Of a DNA stretch of 55,677 nucleotides, positions 45,861-54,348 are shown piece by piece. This DNA comes from a virus (Duplodnaviria; Caudoviricetes). The position numbers were made by a program, and so were the translations under genes. The stretch covers positions 1-55,677 of the IMG/VR virus record IMGVR_UViG_3300046786_000284; one strand, given 5' to 3'. How positions within the stretch are numbered: the first letter of the stretch is position 1; each line of letters starts with the position of its first letter. Below the pieces are notes generated by a model, which searched no databases, had not been told where the DNA came from, and saw only the letters and a program-made list of their open reading frames with translations.

Positions 45861-45882
45861 TTAGGACTCGCCGGAGTCTATT

Positions 45883-48800
45883 ATGGCAATTTATTCTGTC
45901 ACCACATCCGGCGTTTTACAGTTCGCTTATACTGGGTTGGGAAACCCAGTATCCACGTTAACCTCAGAGGGTATATCAACTAACGCACTTGCTAGTTCCC
46001 CTATAGCAGGCAACAACCCCAAGATATGGACAATAGGCCCACCTAACTATTTTACTAGTTCAGGTGGTTTAGTCGTTGTTGATTATAATGGTGGAACACA
46101 AAGTGGTTTATCGGCAAGTTCAATCGGCGAATACCCACTTAGTGGTATAGTAGACAACATTCCAGAGGTATATGTATATCTTGGATTTGTAACTGCGGCA
46201 GAAGAATCACATGGTAATCTAGTCATCACCGGTAACTCAACTGATATCTTGGTATACAACAGGACTACTGATGGTAATCTAATATTATCAGGCAACTCAG
46301 TATATTCATCATTACGAAATGAATTAACTGATGGCAATCTAGTATTATCAGGAAACTCAGTATATCCATCATTACGAAATGAATTAACTGATGGCAATCT
46401 ATTAATTAATACTACTGACGCTTACAGTATAAAATTAAAAGAAACTACTGCAGGTAATTTAGTTATAGACGGTACTGATTTTGTACAGAAGGTTTATAAC
46501 AAAACATCTAGCGGTAATTTAGTAATATCTACTTCATCAGTATCGCACATAACATTAAATGAATTATCTACTGGTAATTTAATTGTTGTTGATAAAGGCT
46601 ACAACACATTATACACCGGTGGCATTGCTGATAATCCTATAGCATCGTTCCCGATAGCGGCTGGCTCTAATAGTGCTACTGTAACTGAAGTTCAAATTTC
46701 ATTCTACGGTTCCGTCGAAAGTAATGGTAACTTAGTCATAACTCCTGTAGGTGAGTTTGTAGAATCATTATCTAACTCAGGTGTAATTGCGGGCGCTGCC
46801 CTTGCCGATCAAACGATTGGTGGCGGAATGGATACTATATTCCGTAGTACGGGATATCAAACTACGTTAGATTTCTTATCTAATGGCAATTTATTAATTT
46901 CAGGTTCTTCAGGATTTAATAACGATTACCAATCTAGTGGCAACTTACTGATATCAGGGACTGATGACGCCCACAGAGCATTGAGTTTCAATACTAGCGG
47001 TAATCTAGTTATCAATGGCTCAATATCTCAGTCTAGTTTACGAAATGAAGATACAAATGGCAATTTGGTAATAACTCCAATCGGTGAGTTTATAGAGCCA
47101 TTATCTGATTCAAGTGGTATAGCAGGCGCCGCAATCGCTGATATACCAATCGGTGGCGGCTCAGATACTACATATAGTCCTACTACGTATGAAGACTTGT
47201 GGATTGTAGAATCTTCTGGTAATTTATTAATTTCAGGTTACTCTGGTTTCAATAACGATTATACTTCTCAAGGTAATCTATTAATCTCAGGTACCACGGT
47301 GGTTGCAAGAGAACTTGATTTCTTGAGCAATGGTAATTTAGTTGTTACGGGTTCTTCATATCAGAATAGAACGATAGCAGAGTATAGTGATGGTAATTTA
47401 GTAATATCTGGAACAACAGACTTTAGTAATACGTTAGACTTCTTAAGTGATGGCAACTTGTTAATATCAGGCTCTGATATAGGAGTAAGAATATTAAACT
47501 TCATTACTACTGGTAATCTAGTAATGTCGGGTAATACTGTAGTTGCCAGAGAGCTAGACTTCTTAAGTCATGGTAATTTAGTAATTACTGGTACATACTC
47601 ACAGTCAAGTACATTTAACGAGGATAGCTCAGGTGATATAGTAGTAGATCCGTATGGTCAGTATACTGAGCCGTTGTCTGATTCAAGCGGTATAGCTGGT
47701 GCCGCAATCGCTGATATACCAATTGGTGGTGGTAAAGATACAAACTATTATTCAAGTCGTTATGAAGATATTTGGGCACCTGAATCAAATGGTAATTTAG
47801 TAATAACTGGTTACTCTGGTTTCAACAATGATTATCAGTCACGTGGTAATTTAGTAATATCAGGTACAACTGTAGTAGCAAGAGAACTAGATTTCTTATC
47901 AAGTGGTAATTTAGTCATCACTGGTTCAGACTCTCAGAACAGAACAATAGCCGAGTATAGCGACGGTAACTTAGTCATAGATCCAATCGGTGAGTTTATA
48001 GAGCCATTATCTGATTCAAGTGGTATAGCAGGTGCCGCAATTGCTGATATACCAATTGGCGGCGGCTCAGATACTACATATAGTCCTACTACATACGAAG
48101 ACTTGTGGAACGAAGATACTTCAGGTAATCTAACTCTTGTAGGTACCGACACACAGAATAGTTTAAGAACCGAACTAAGTCAGGGTAACTTAGTAGTCAA
48201 TGGTACTGACACACAGAGTAGTTTACGAAATGAAACTACTAATGGTAACTTAGTTATTATTGGTAACACAGTAACAGACAGAACACTAAACTTTGCTTCT
48301 AGTGGTGAGCTGTCATTCACACCCGTTGGCTGGAAGTCAACTGCTGATATCTCAGGTACAATTGCAGGCTCTGCAATGGCAACTACACCGATTGGTGGAG
48401 ACGAGATGGAGAACAACATTAGTGTTGTTCAAGTAAGTTATATCAGCGGTGGTACTTATTATCCTGGCAACGTAGCGTATACTGTAACTAATGGTAACTT
48501 ATTAATAACTGGTACAGACACGGTTGAACTAATTCATGCTGGCGAAGTAACTTCACAGGGTAACTTAGTAATTACAGGATCTACTGTATCTAGTGTTACT
48601 CAAATTAGTATTTCGTCAGGTGAGTTACTAATCAGTGGTAATTCTACTGTCAATTCAAGTGTAATCTATCCAGAAACAACTACCGGATTAGTATTGATAT
48701 CTGGTAATACTATATCTGAAACTACATACACATCAGACAGCAATGGTAATTTATTAATCAGTGGTTACTCTGGACAGGGTTACACATTCACAACATCTGG

Positions 48801-49293
48801 AAATCTACTGATATCGGGTACTACAGTCGTTGAATTCTTACCCGCAAATCTAAACATTCATACTAGCGGTAATCTTGTCATTAGCGGCAGTACTACTATT
48901 GAAGTTATCATTGTACCACCGATAACTAAACAGAATGCAGGTGGTTCGTATGTATTCGCAAGCTCATGGGATATATTAAAACCCTACTTCCCTGACGACA
49001 GACACATTCTCGGTTATGTTCGCGGAGAAACAGAAGAACAACCAAGAAGAAGAAAAATCAGCGGAAGTACAGGCTTCACTGTAATTAGAGGAACTCCTAA
49101 GACTCAACCTAAGTTTGGATTCTTAAAAGACATTGCTAATATAGAACCTAAACAGCAAGTAACATTAGTTCCTAAGGTTAACGAAAACAAGTTTCTAAAA
49201 CAGATTATGCTTGAGGACGAGATGTTGTTAAATGGATCATTGATATCAATAGATGACCCGGATGATGAGCTAGAACGAGAGTTAATGAGATAA
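45883..49293 (+). CDS. Long repeat protein (about 19-aa S/N-G-N-L-V/L-I-S/T-G units); putative filamentous appendage
   Basis: Dozens of GNLVISG-type repeats, eight G-I-A...P-I-G-G type inserts and a charged C-terminus. Confidence 0.65.
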   Translation: MAIYSVTTSGVLQFAYTGLGNPVSTLTSEGISTNALASSPIAGNNPKIWTIGPPNYFTSSGGLVVVDYNGGTQSGLSASSIGEYPLSGIVDNIPEVYVYLGFVTAAEESHGNLVITGNSTDILVYNRTTDGNLILSGNSVYSSLRNELTDGNLVLSGNSVYPSLRNELTDGNLLINTTDAYSIKLKETTAGNLVIDGTDFVQKVYNKTSSGNLVISTSSVSHITLNELSTGNLIVVDKGYNTLYTGGIADNPIASFPIAAGSNSATVTEVQISFYGSVESNGNLVITPVGEFVESLSNSGVIAGAALADQTIGGGMDTIFRSTGYQTTLDFLSNGNLLISGSSGFNNDYQSSGNLLISGTDDAHRALSFNTSGNLVINGSISQSSLRNEDTNGNLVITPIGEFIEPLSDSSGIAGAAIADIPIGGGSDTTYSPTTYEDLWIVESSGNLLISGYSGFNNDYTSQGNLLISGTTVVARELDFLSNGNLVVTGSSYQNRTIAEYSDGNLVISGTTDFSNTLDFLSDGNLLISGSDIGVRILNFITTGNLVMSGNTVVARELDFLSHGNLVITGTYSQSSTFNEDSSGDIVVDPYGQYTEPLSDSSGIAGAAIADIPIGGGKDTNYYSSRYEDIWAPESNGNLVITGYSGFNNDYQSRGNLVISGTTVVARELDFLSSGNLVITGSDSQNRTIAEYSDGNLVIDPIGEFIEPLSDSSGIAGAAIADIPIGGGSDTTYSPTTYEDLWNEDTSGNLTLVGTDTQNSLRTELSQGNLVVNGTDTQSSLRNETTNGNLVIIGNTVTDRTLNFASSGELSFTPVGWKSTADISGTIAGSAMATTPIGGDEMENNISVVQVSYISGGTYYPGNVAYTVTNGNLLITGTDTVELIHAGEVTSQGNLVITGSTVSSVTQISISSGELLISGNSTVNSSVIYPETTTGLVLISGNTISETTYTSDSNGNLLISGYSGQGYTFTTSGNLLISGTTVVEFLPANLNIHTSGNLVISGSTTIEVIIVPPITKQNAGGSYVFASSWDILKPYFPDDRHILGYVRGETEEQPRRRKISGSTGFTVIRGTPKTQPKFGFLKDIANIEPKQQVTLVPKVNENKFLKQIMLEDEMLLNGSLISIDDPDDELERELMR
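47076..48109 (+). repeat. Near-identical 128-bp internal duplication (906-bp spacing)
   Basis: 47076-47203 and 47982-48109 differ only at a few synonymous positions; a more diverged third copy lies near 47650-47770. Confidence 0.85.
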
Positions 49294-49314
49294 ATAACAA
49301 TAAAGGATAATAAA

Positions 49315-49935
49315 ATGGCAACTATTCTACCTAAGAAGGCTGGTTTTGAACAGCCCATGGCACTAGATGACGAGCACCACGAAGCATTAGCGGCAGACCC
49401 GGCAATTACAGCATTTCCACAAGGAAGCACATATGAACAATCAAGTACAGCACCCAACTCACAATTTGGGTCTTCAACATTTGGCGCACCTGCGTCAGGA
49501 GGCTTCGGGTCACCCGGTGGTTTTAGTTCATCAGGATCGTTCTCAAGCCCAAGCTTCAATCAACAATCAACACCAAGTTTCGGAAGCACACAGAATGTTA
49601 ATCAATCAACCGGAAGTCAACCTGTACTCACAGGTGCCGCCCCAACAAATGCTGCCAGTGGGGCAGATGTACTAGTAGCTAACGACAACACAGATTGGAT
49701 CAATAAGAAATGGCGTCCTGTTATGGGTTGGGTGTACATGTTAACATGTACTATGGACTTTGTTGTATTCCCAATTTTATGGTCATTGTTACAAGCACTA
49801 AGTAAAGGCAACGTAACTAGTCAATGGCAACCATTAACATTGCAAGGTGCTGGTTTGTACCACATCGCAATGGGTGCAGTTCTTGGTATTGCGGCTTATG
49901 GTCGTACTAAGGAAAAAATTGAGGGTAAATCATAA
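49315..49935 (+). CDS. Holin-like membrane protein (3TM gene-transfer-release type) with low-complexity N-terminus
   Basis: WINKKWRPVMGWVY...TM...MGAVLGIAAYGRTKEK; GATAAATA at 49289-49296. Confidence 0.65.
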   Translation: MATILPKKAGFEQPMALDDEHHEALAADPAITAFPQGSTYEQSSTAPNSQFGSSTFGAPASGGFGSPGGFSSSGSFSSPSFNQQSTPSFGSTQNVNQSTGSQPVLTGAAPTNAASGADVLVANDNTDWINKKWRPVMGWVYMLTCTMDFVVFPILWSLLQALSKGNVTSQWQPLTLQGAGLYHIAMGAVLGIAAYGRTKEKIEGKS

Positions 49936-49936
49936 G

Positions 49937-49965
49937 TTGACCTTATCTCTAAGGAGTGTTATAAT
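49937..49965 (+). promoter_or_regulatory. sigma70-type promoter, apparently leaderless
   Basis: TTGACC-N17-TATAAT with TG extension; ATG at 49971. Confidence 0.75.
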
Positions 49966-49970
49966 TGAGA

Positions 49971-50783
49971 ATGGACCATTATAATACGCTAGGTGTTTCA
50001 AAAACTGCTACACCTGATGAAATAAAAAAAGCATATCGTAAACTAGCAAGTAAGCATCACCCTGACAAGGGTGGTGATACTGCTACATTTCAAAAAATTC
50101 AAACAGCATACGATACGTTGATTGACCCGCAAAAGCGAAGTCAACACGACAATCCATCACATCACTTTCAAGACTTCGGTGGCAGTGGCTTCCCCGGAGG
50201 ATTTTCCTTTAACACAGGTGGAGGTGGATTTAATGATATCTTTGCTGAATTCTTTAAACAAGCAGGTCATCATCAACATCGCAGAGCTACACAAATATTC
50301 AGAACAGCAGTTGTTGTATCATTAGAGCAAGTGTATACTGGTGGAGAACAACTACTAAAGATACAATCTCCTACTGGACATGAAATGGTAAAGATTGAAA
50401 TCCCCAAGGGAGTTCAAGATGGTGCTCAAGTAAGAATTAATGAAGTACTTGACGGTGCTACTCTAATAGTAGAATTTAAAGTTCAGAAACACTTGAAGTT
50501 TGACAGAGTGGGTAACGATTTGTACTGCAATCAACCGATATCTGTACTAGATTTGATTGTGGGTACTGTCGTTGAATTTACTACTATTTCGGGTAAAAAG
50601 CTTGAAGTAACTATCCCTCCTCAAACACAACCACATATGCAAATGAAAATTGCAGGGCAAGGTATGCCCATTCAAGGATACAGTACGTATGGTGACCAAA
50701 TACTATTGTTAAAACCGTTCTTACCTGATAATATTGATGCATCTATCATTGATAGTATCAAGCAAGCTAAAGCCAAAAACTAA
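49971..50783 (+). CDS. dnaJ: DnaJ/CbpA-type J-domain chaperone (no Zn finger)
   Basis: J domain with HPD (KHHPDKGG), G/F-rich linker, DnaJ C-terminal domain, no CxxCxGxG repeats. Confidence 0.9.
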   Translation: MDHYNTLGVSKTATPDEIKKAYRKLASKHHPDKGGDTATFQKIQTAYDTLIDPQKRSQHDNPSHHFQDFGGSGFPGGFSFNTGGGGFNDIFAEFFKQAGHHQHRRATQIFRTAVVVSLEQVYTGGEQLLKIQSPTGHEMVKIEIPKGVQDGAQVRINEVLDGATLIVEFKVQKHLKFDRVGNDLYCNQPISVLDLIVGTVVEFTTISGKKLEVTIPPQTQPHMQMKIAGQGMPIQGYSTYGDQILLLKPFLPDNIDASIIDSIKQAKAKN

Positions 50784-50790
50784 GGAAACT

Positions 50791-53055
50791 ATGAATAATT
50801 CTCCAGAAATTGAATCAATTATTGAACAGGCAATTGAGTTTGCAAAAGTAAAGAAACACCAGTATTGTACTATTGAGCATCTATTGTATGCGTTAGTAAC
50901 ACATACCCCATTCAAAAAATGTCTAACATCTTTTGGTGTAGATGTTGAAAGCATGACAGAAGAAATTGATGGCTATATCAGTAATCTACATGCGATTGTA
51001 TCTAAGGACGATCCTGTCGTTCCTCGTAAAACAAATAGCCTTGAACGTGTAATGAACCGTTCAGTAACACAGGTCTTGTTCACTGGTCGCCGTCAAGTGT
51101 TGACCATTGACTTATATCTTTCTATTGCTAGTGAAGGTAATAGTCACGCACACTACTTCCTATTGAAGTACGGTGTCAACAAAAATGAATTTATTGCTCA
51201 TTGGCAAAAGACTTACAAGGGTGCAGATTACTCTACTAATCTCACTGAGAATCAAGCAGATGAAATCCTTGAAGAATACACTACTAACTTAACTAAATTA
51301 GCGAAAGACGGTAAGCTTGAACCATTGATCGGTCGAGTTAAAGAACTTGATGATATCGTTAACGTTCTTGCTAAACGATTCAAAGCAAACGTATTGATGG
51401 TCGGTGACCCGGGTGTAGGTAAGACTGCAATTGCAGAAGGTCTTGCATCATTGATTCAAGATGGCGATGCACCTGAATTCTTAAACGGTCATGAAGTTTA
51501 TAGTCTTGAAGTTGGCTCACTTCTTGCTGGATCTAAATACCGCGGCGACTTTGAAGAAAAAGTCAAAGCAGTACTTGACGCACTGAACACTAAGAAGAAA
51601 GCTATTCTGTTCATTGACGAAGCACATACTATGCAAGGTGCAGGATCAAGTAATAGCAGTGGTCCAGACTTTGCAAACATGATTAAGCCTGCGATTACTA
51701 AAGGCACACTGAAAGTTATAGCTAGCACCACATGGGAAGAGTACTACGAAAGTTTTGAGAAGGATCGTGCGTTGATGCGTAGATTCTATCGTGTAAGTAT
51801 TGATGAGCCTAGTCAAGACAGTACAATTCGTATCTTGTCAGGACTGAGTTCACGCCTAAATGATTTCCACAACGTTAATATTACTGAGGAAGCTATCAAA
51901 GCCGCAGTTGAGAGTTCTGCACGTTACATTCATGACCGCAAGAACCCTGACAAATCAATTGACTTGCTTGATGCGGCTTGTGCTAAACAACGTGTCGCAG
52001 GTAATCAAGGTGCAGTAATTACTAAAGAACTCGTGTTCGACCAAGTAGAAAGATTCACCGGCGTCCCTGCTGATAAATTAAGCGGAGATAACTTTGACCT
52101 TATCAATAATCTTGAAGTTAATATCAAGGGCAAGTTGTATGGTCAAGATGATACTGTTCAACAAGTGCTTGAACGTGTATATGTATCGTTCGCAGGTATC
52201 GGTAACGAAACTAAACCTACAGCAAGTTTCTTGTTCTTAGGCCCAACAGGTACAGGTAAAACAGAATTGGCTAAGTTGTTGAGTAAAAATCTTGACATGC
52301 CATTGTTGAAGTATGATATGAGTGAATATGGTGAGAAACATTCAGTATCAAGCTTGATCGGTCCGCCCCCTGGTTATGTTGGTTTCGGGGACAGTCAAGT
52401 TGGTGGAGGTCGATTGATTAGTGACTTGAGTAAGAATCCACATGCTATCATGTTGTTTGACGAAGTTGAGAAGGCTCATCCTGATATCTTCAACATCTTC
52501 TTGCAAATGCTTGACGAAGGTAAGATTACAGGTAGTAACGGCAAAGTCGTTAACTGTAAGAACACTATCATTATCATGACCAGTAACTTAGGTAGTGCTG
52601 ATAGCGAACGTGCAAACATTGGTTTCGGCAGCACTGAAAAGACCGGTGAAGATGACAAAGCACTTAAAGAATTCTTTAAGCCTGAATTCAGAAACCGTCT
52701 AGACTTGATTTGTAAATTCAATAAACTTGATATGCTTGCTATTAAGAAAATTGTTATTAAGTTTACAGATGATTTGAAAAAGAGTTTGGCAGAAAAGCAC
52801 AACATTACGTTGACTCTTTCTGAGCCTGTAGTTGAATATTTGGCTGAACAGGGTTATGATAAGAAGATGGGTGCTCGACCTCTTGGAAGGAAAGTTGACT
52901 CATTATTGCGTGTACCACTGAGTAAAAAGATTCTATTCCAACGAATCAAAAATGCTACTGTGCATGTAGTAATGAATGAAGGTGATATTGACTTTAATGT
53001 TGTACAAAAATCTACAGCTAGAATTGGTGAAGATGGGATTATTGAAATCAACTGA
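50791..53055 (+). CDS. clpA: ClpA-type Hsp100 AAA+ unfoldase
   Basis: Clp N domain, two Walker A motifs (GDPGVGKT, GPTGTGKT), KYRGDFEE and PPGYVG pore loops, IGF ClpP-docking loop, no ClpB M-domain. Start re-assigned to ATG 50791. Confidence 0.9.
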   Translation: MNNSPEIESIIEQAIEFAKVKKHQYCTIEHLLYALVTHTPFKKCLTSFGVDVESMTEEIDGYISNLHAIVSKDDPVVPRKTNSLERVMNRSVTQVLFTGRRQVLTIDLYLSIASEGNSHAHYFLLKYGVNKNEFIAHWQKTYKGADYSTNLTENQADEILEEYTTNLTKLAKDGKLEPLIGRVKELDDIVNVLAKRFKANVLMVGDPGVGKTAIAEGLASLIQDGDAPEFLNGHEVYSLEVGSLLAGSKYRGDFEEKVKAVLDALNTKKKAILFIDEAHTMQGAGSSNSSGPDFANMIKPAITKGTLKVIASTTWEEYYESFEKDRALMRRFYRVSIDEPSQDSTIRILSGLSSRLNDFHNVNITEEAIKAAVESSARYIHDRKNPDKSIDLLDAACAKQRVAGNQGAVITKELVFDQVERFTGVPADKLSGDNFDLINNLEVNIKGKLYGQDDTVQQVLERVYVSFAGIGNETKPTASFLFLGPTGTGKTELAKLLSKNLDMPLLKYDMSEYGEKHSVSSLIGPPPGYVGFGDSQVGGGRLISDLSKNPHAIMLFDEVEKAHPDIFNIFLQMLDEGKITGSNGKVVNCKNTIIIMTSNLGSADSERANIGFGSTEKTGEDDKALKEFFKPEFRNRLDLICKFNKLDMLAIKKIVIKFTDDLKKSLAEKHNITLTLSEPVVEYLAEQGYDKKMGARPLGRKVDSLLRVPLSKKILFQRIKNATVHVVMNEGDIDFNVVQKSTARIGEDGIIEIN

Positions 53056-53758
53056 TGATACGCCCGGTATTGATTATTATGAATACCGAGATAGTAATTA
53101 CTATAACAAGTATGAATTCCGCATGAGGGTTGAAATCCCTTGTGTGAGATACACGTGGTGGTGCAAAAAACCTGAGGACTTAGATACGAAACTTGCTGGC
53201 AAGGCTAAAAGTTACGGTAATATTCGAAAAGAAGACATTCAGACTGTAACTGATAATCTAGCCGCACTAAAAGCGATTGTTATCATTCAAACTACTAGAA
53301 AGAAACACAAAGACTTAGGTGTACGTATCGAAAGTGGAACTGTTGCTATTTTTAGCAATGATTTAAGTGTGTTGCAAGCATTAGAACCTATCATAGGAAC
53401 TCAATACAATTATAACTATACTCAAGTCAAAACTTCACAGTATGCAGGAGTCAAGCACTTTGTGAATGAACCTAAGCACAAGTATAGAGTCTACCTAAAA
53501 TCTAAACGAGTAGAAGATAGATTTAGAGAAGACTTTAATGATACTCTCAAACGACATACACAGTTGAATCCAAGTAGTGCATTAAAAATCTGGATGACTA
53601 AGGATTCAAAAAGATATGGAATTTGGACTTTCAGGTATACAAGTGCCGCTCACTTCATTGATTATGATGATGAGTCTACATTGAGCTATCTAGCATTAAT
53701 GCACGGAGAAGTACTGGGTAAGAAGTACAAATTAGAAAAGCGCCCGGAAGAAACTTAA
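53033..53758 (+). CDS. Hypothetical basic protein
   Basis: Likely start ATG 53033 (MGLLKSTD), overlapping the clpA end. Confidence 0.65.
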   Translation: MGLLKSTDDTPGIDYYEYRDSNYYNKYEFRMRVEIPCVRYTWWCKKPEDLDTKLAGKAKSYGNIRKEDIQTVTDNLAALKAIVIIQTTRKKHKDLGVRIESGTVAIFSNDLSVLQALEPIIGTQYNYNYTQVKTSQYAGVKHFVNEPKHKYRVYLKSKRVEDRFREDFNDTLKRHTQLNPSSALKIWMTKDSKRYGIWTFRYTSAAHFIDYDDESTLSYLALMHGEVLGKKYKLEKRPEET

Positions 53759-53761
53759 AAT

Positions 53762-53791
53762 GATAAATACTCTAATAAAATGGAGTATTTA
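53762..53791 (+). promoter_or_regulatory. Late promoter within an SD-sequestering inverted repeat
   Basis: GATAAATA at 53762-53769; TAAATACTC (53764-72) is complementary to GAGTATTTA (53783-91), which overlaps the GGAG SD. Confidence 0.65.
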
Positions 53792-53793
53792 CC

Positions 53794-53961
53794 ATGGCAA
53801 AGATCGTAGAAGACGTAATCGTCATCAAATTTAGTAAAATCGTTAAGGACAGTGAATCAGAAGTTTCTGGTATCGCTGGTTCCGACGTTCAAGCCGCACT
53901 TGAGCAAGTAGCACAGGAATTAGTCGGGGATGCAGTAGTAGTTGAAGTGGTGCAAGCATAA
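53794..53961 (+). CDS. 55-aa hypothetical protein (missing from the ORF track)
   Basis: MAKIVEDVIVIKFSKIVKDSESEVSGIAGSDVQAALEQVAQELVGDAVVVEVVQA; GGAG SD; TAATG overlap with the next gene. Confidence 0.75.
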   Translation: MAKIVEDVIVIKFSKIVKDSESEVSGIAGSDVQAALEQVAQELVGDAVVVEVVQA

Positions 53962-54347
53962 TGAGCCAAACTACCACACTTATACTGCTACCGCAGACCA
54001 CCTATATAAATCCAGGCAATGGTGCACCCTACACTGTAACTGGAAATAGTCAGCCGGCCGCAGCCTATTATCTAGGCAACAAAGACTTGCAAACTGTTAA
54101 TATAAACGTTACACAGTTAACAGGTAATATCGTTATAGAAGCAACACTAGCTAATCCACCTCAAGATAACAGCTGGTTTAAAGTTTATGAATTAGAAGCT
54201 AATGCAAACGCAACTCCTAATTCAGCACCTCAGTTAGCAAGTAACGCCAGTGTGTACACTAACGTTGAAGGTAACTTTGTATTTTTACGAGCAAAAATAG
54301 TAAACCTCAATAACGGTGGAGTAAACTTTGTAAAGTTAAGTTATTAA
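53961..54347 (+). CDS. Small beta-sandwich-like putative virion protein
   Basis: GNIVIEATL...WF...GNFVFLRAKI; late operon context. Confidence 0.6.
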   Translation: MSQTTTLILLPQTTYINPGNGAPYTVTGNSQPAAAYYLGNKDLQTVNINVTQLTGNIVIEATLANPPQDNSWFKVYELEANANATPNSAPQLASNASVYTNVEGNFVFLRAKIVNLNNGGVNFVKLSY

Positions 54348-54348
54348 T

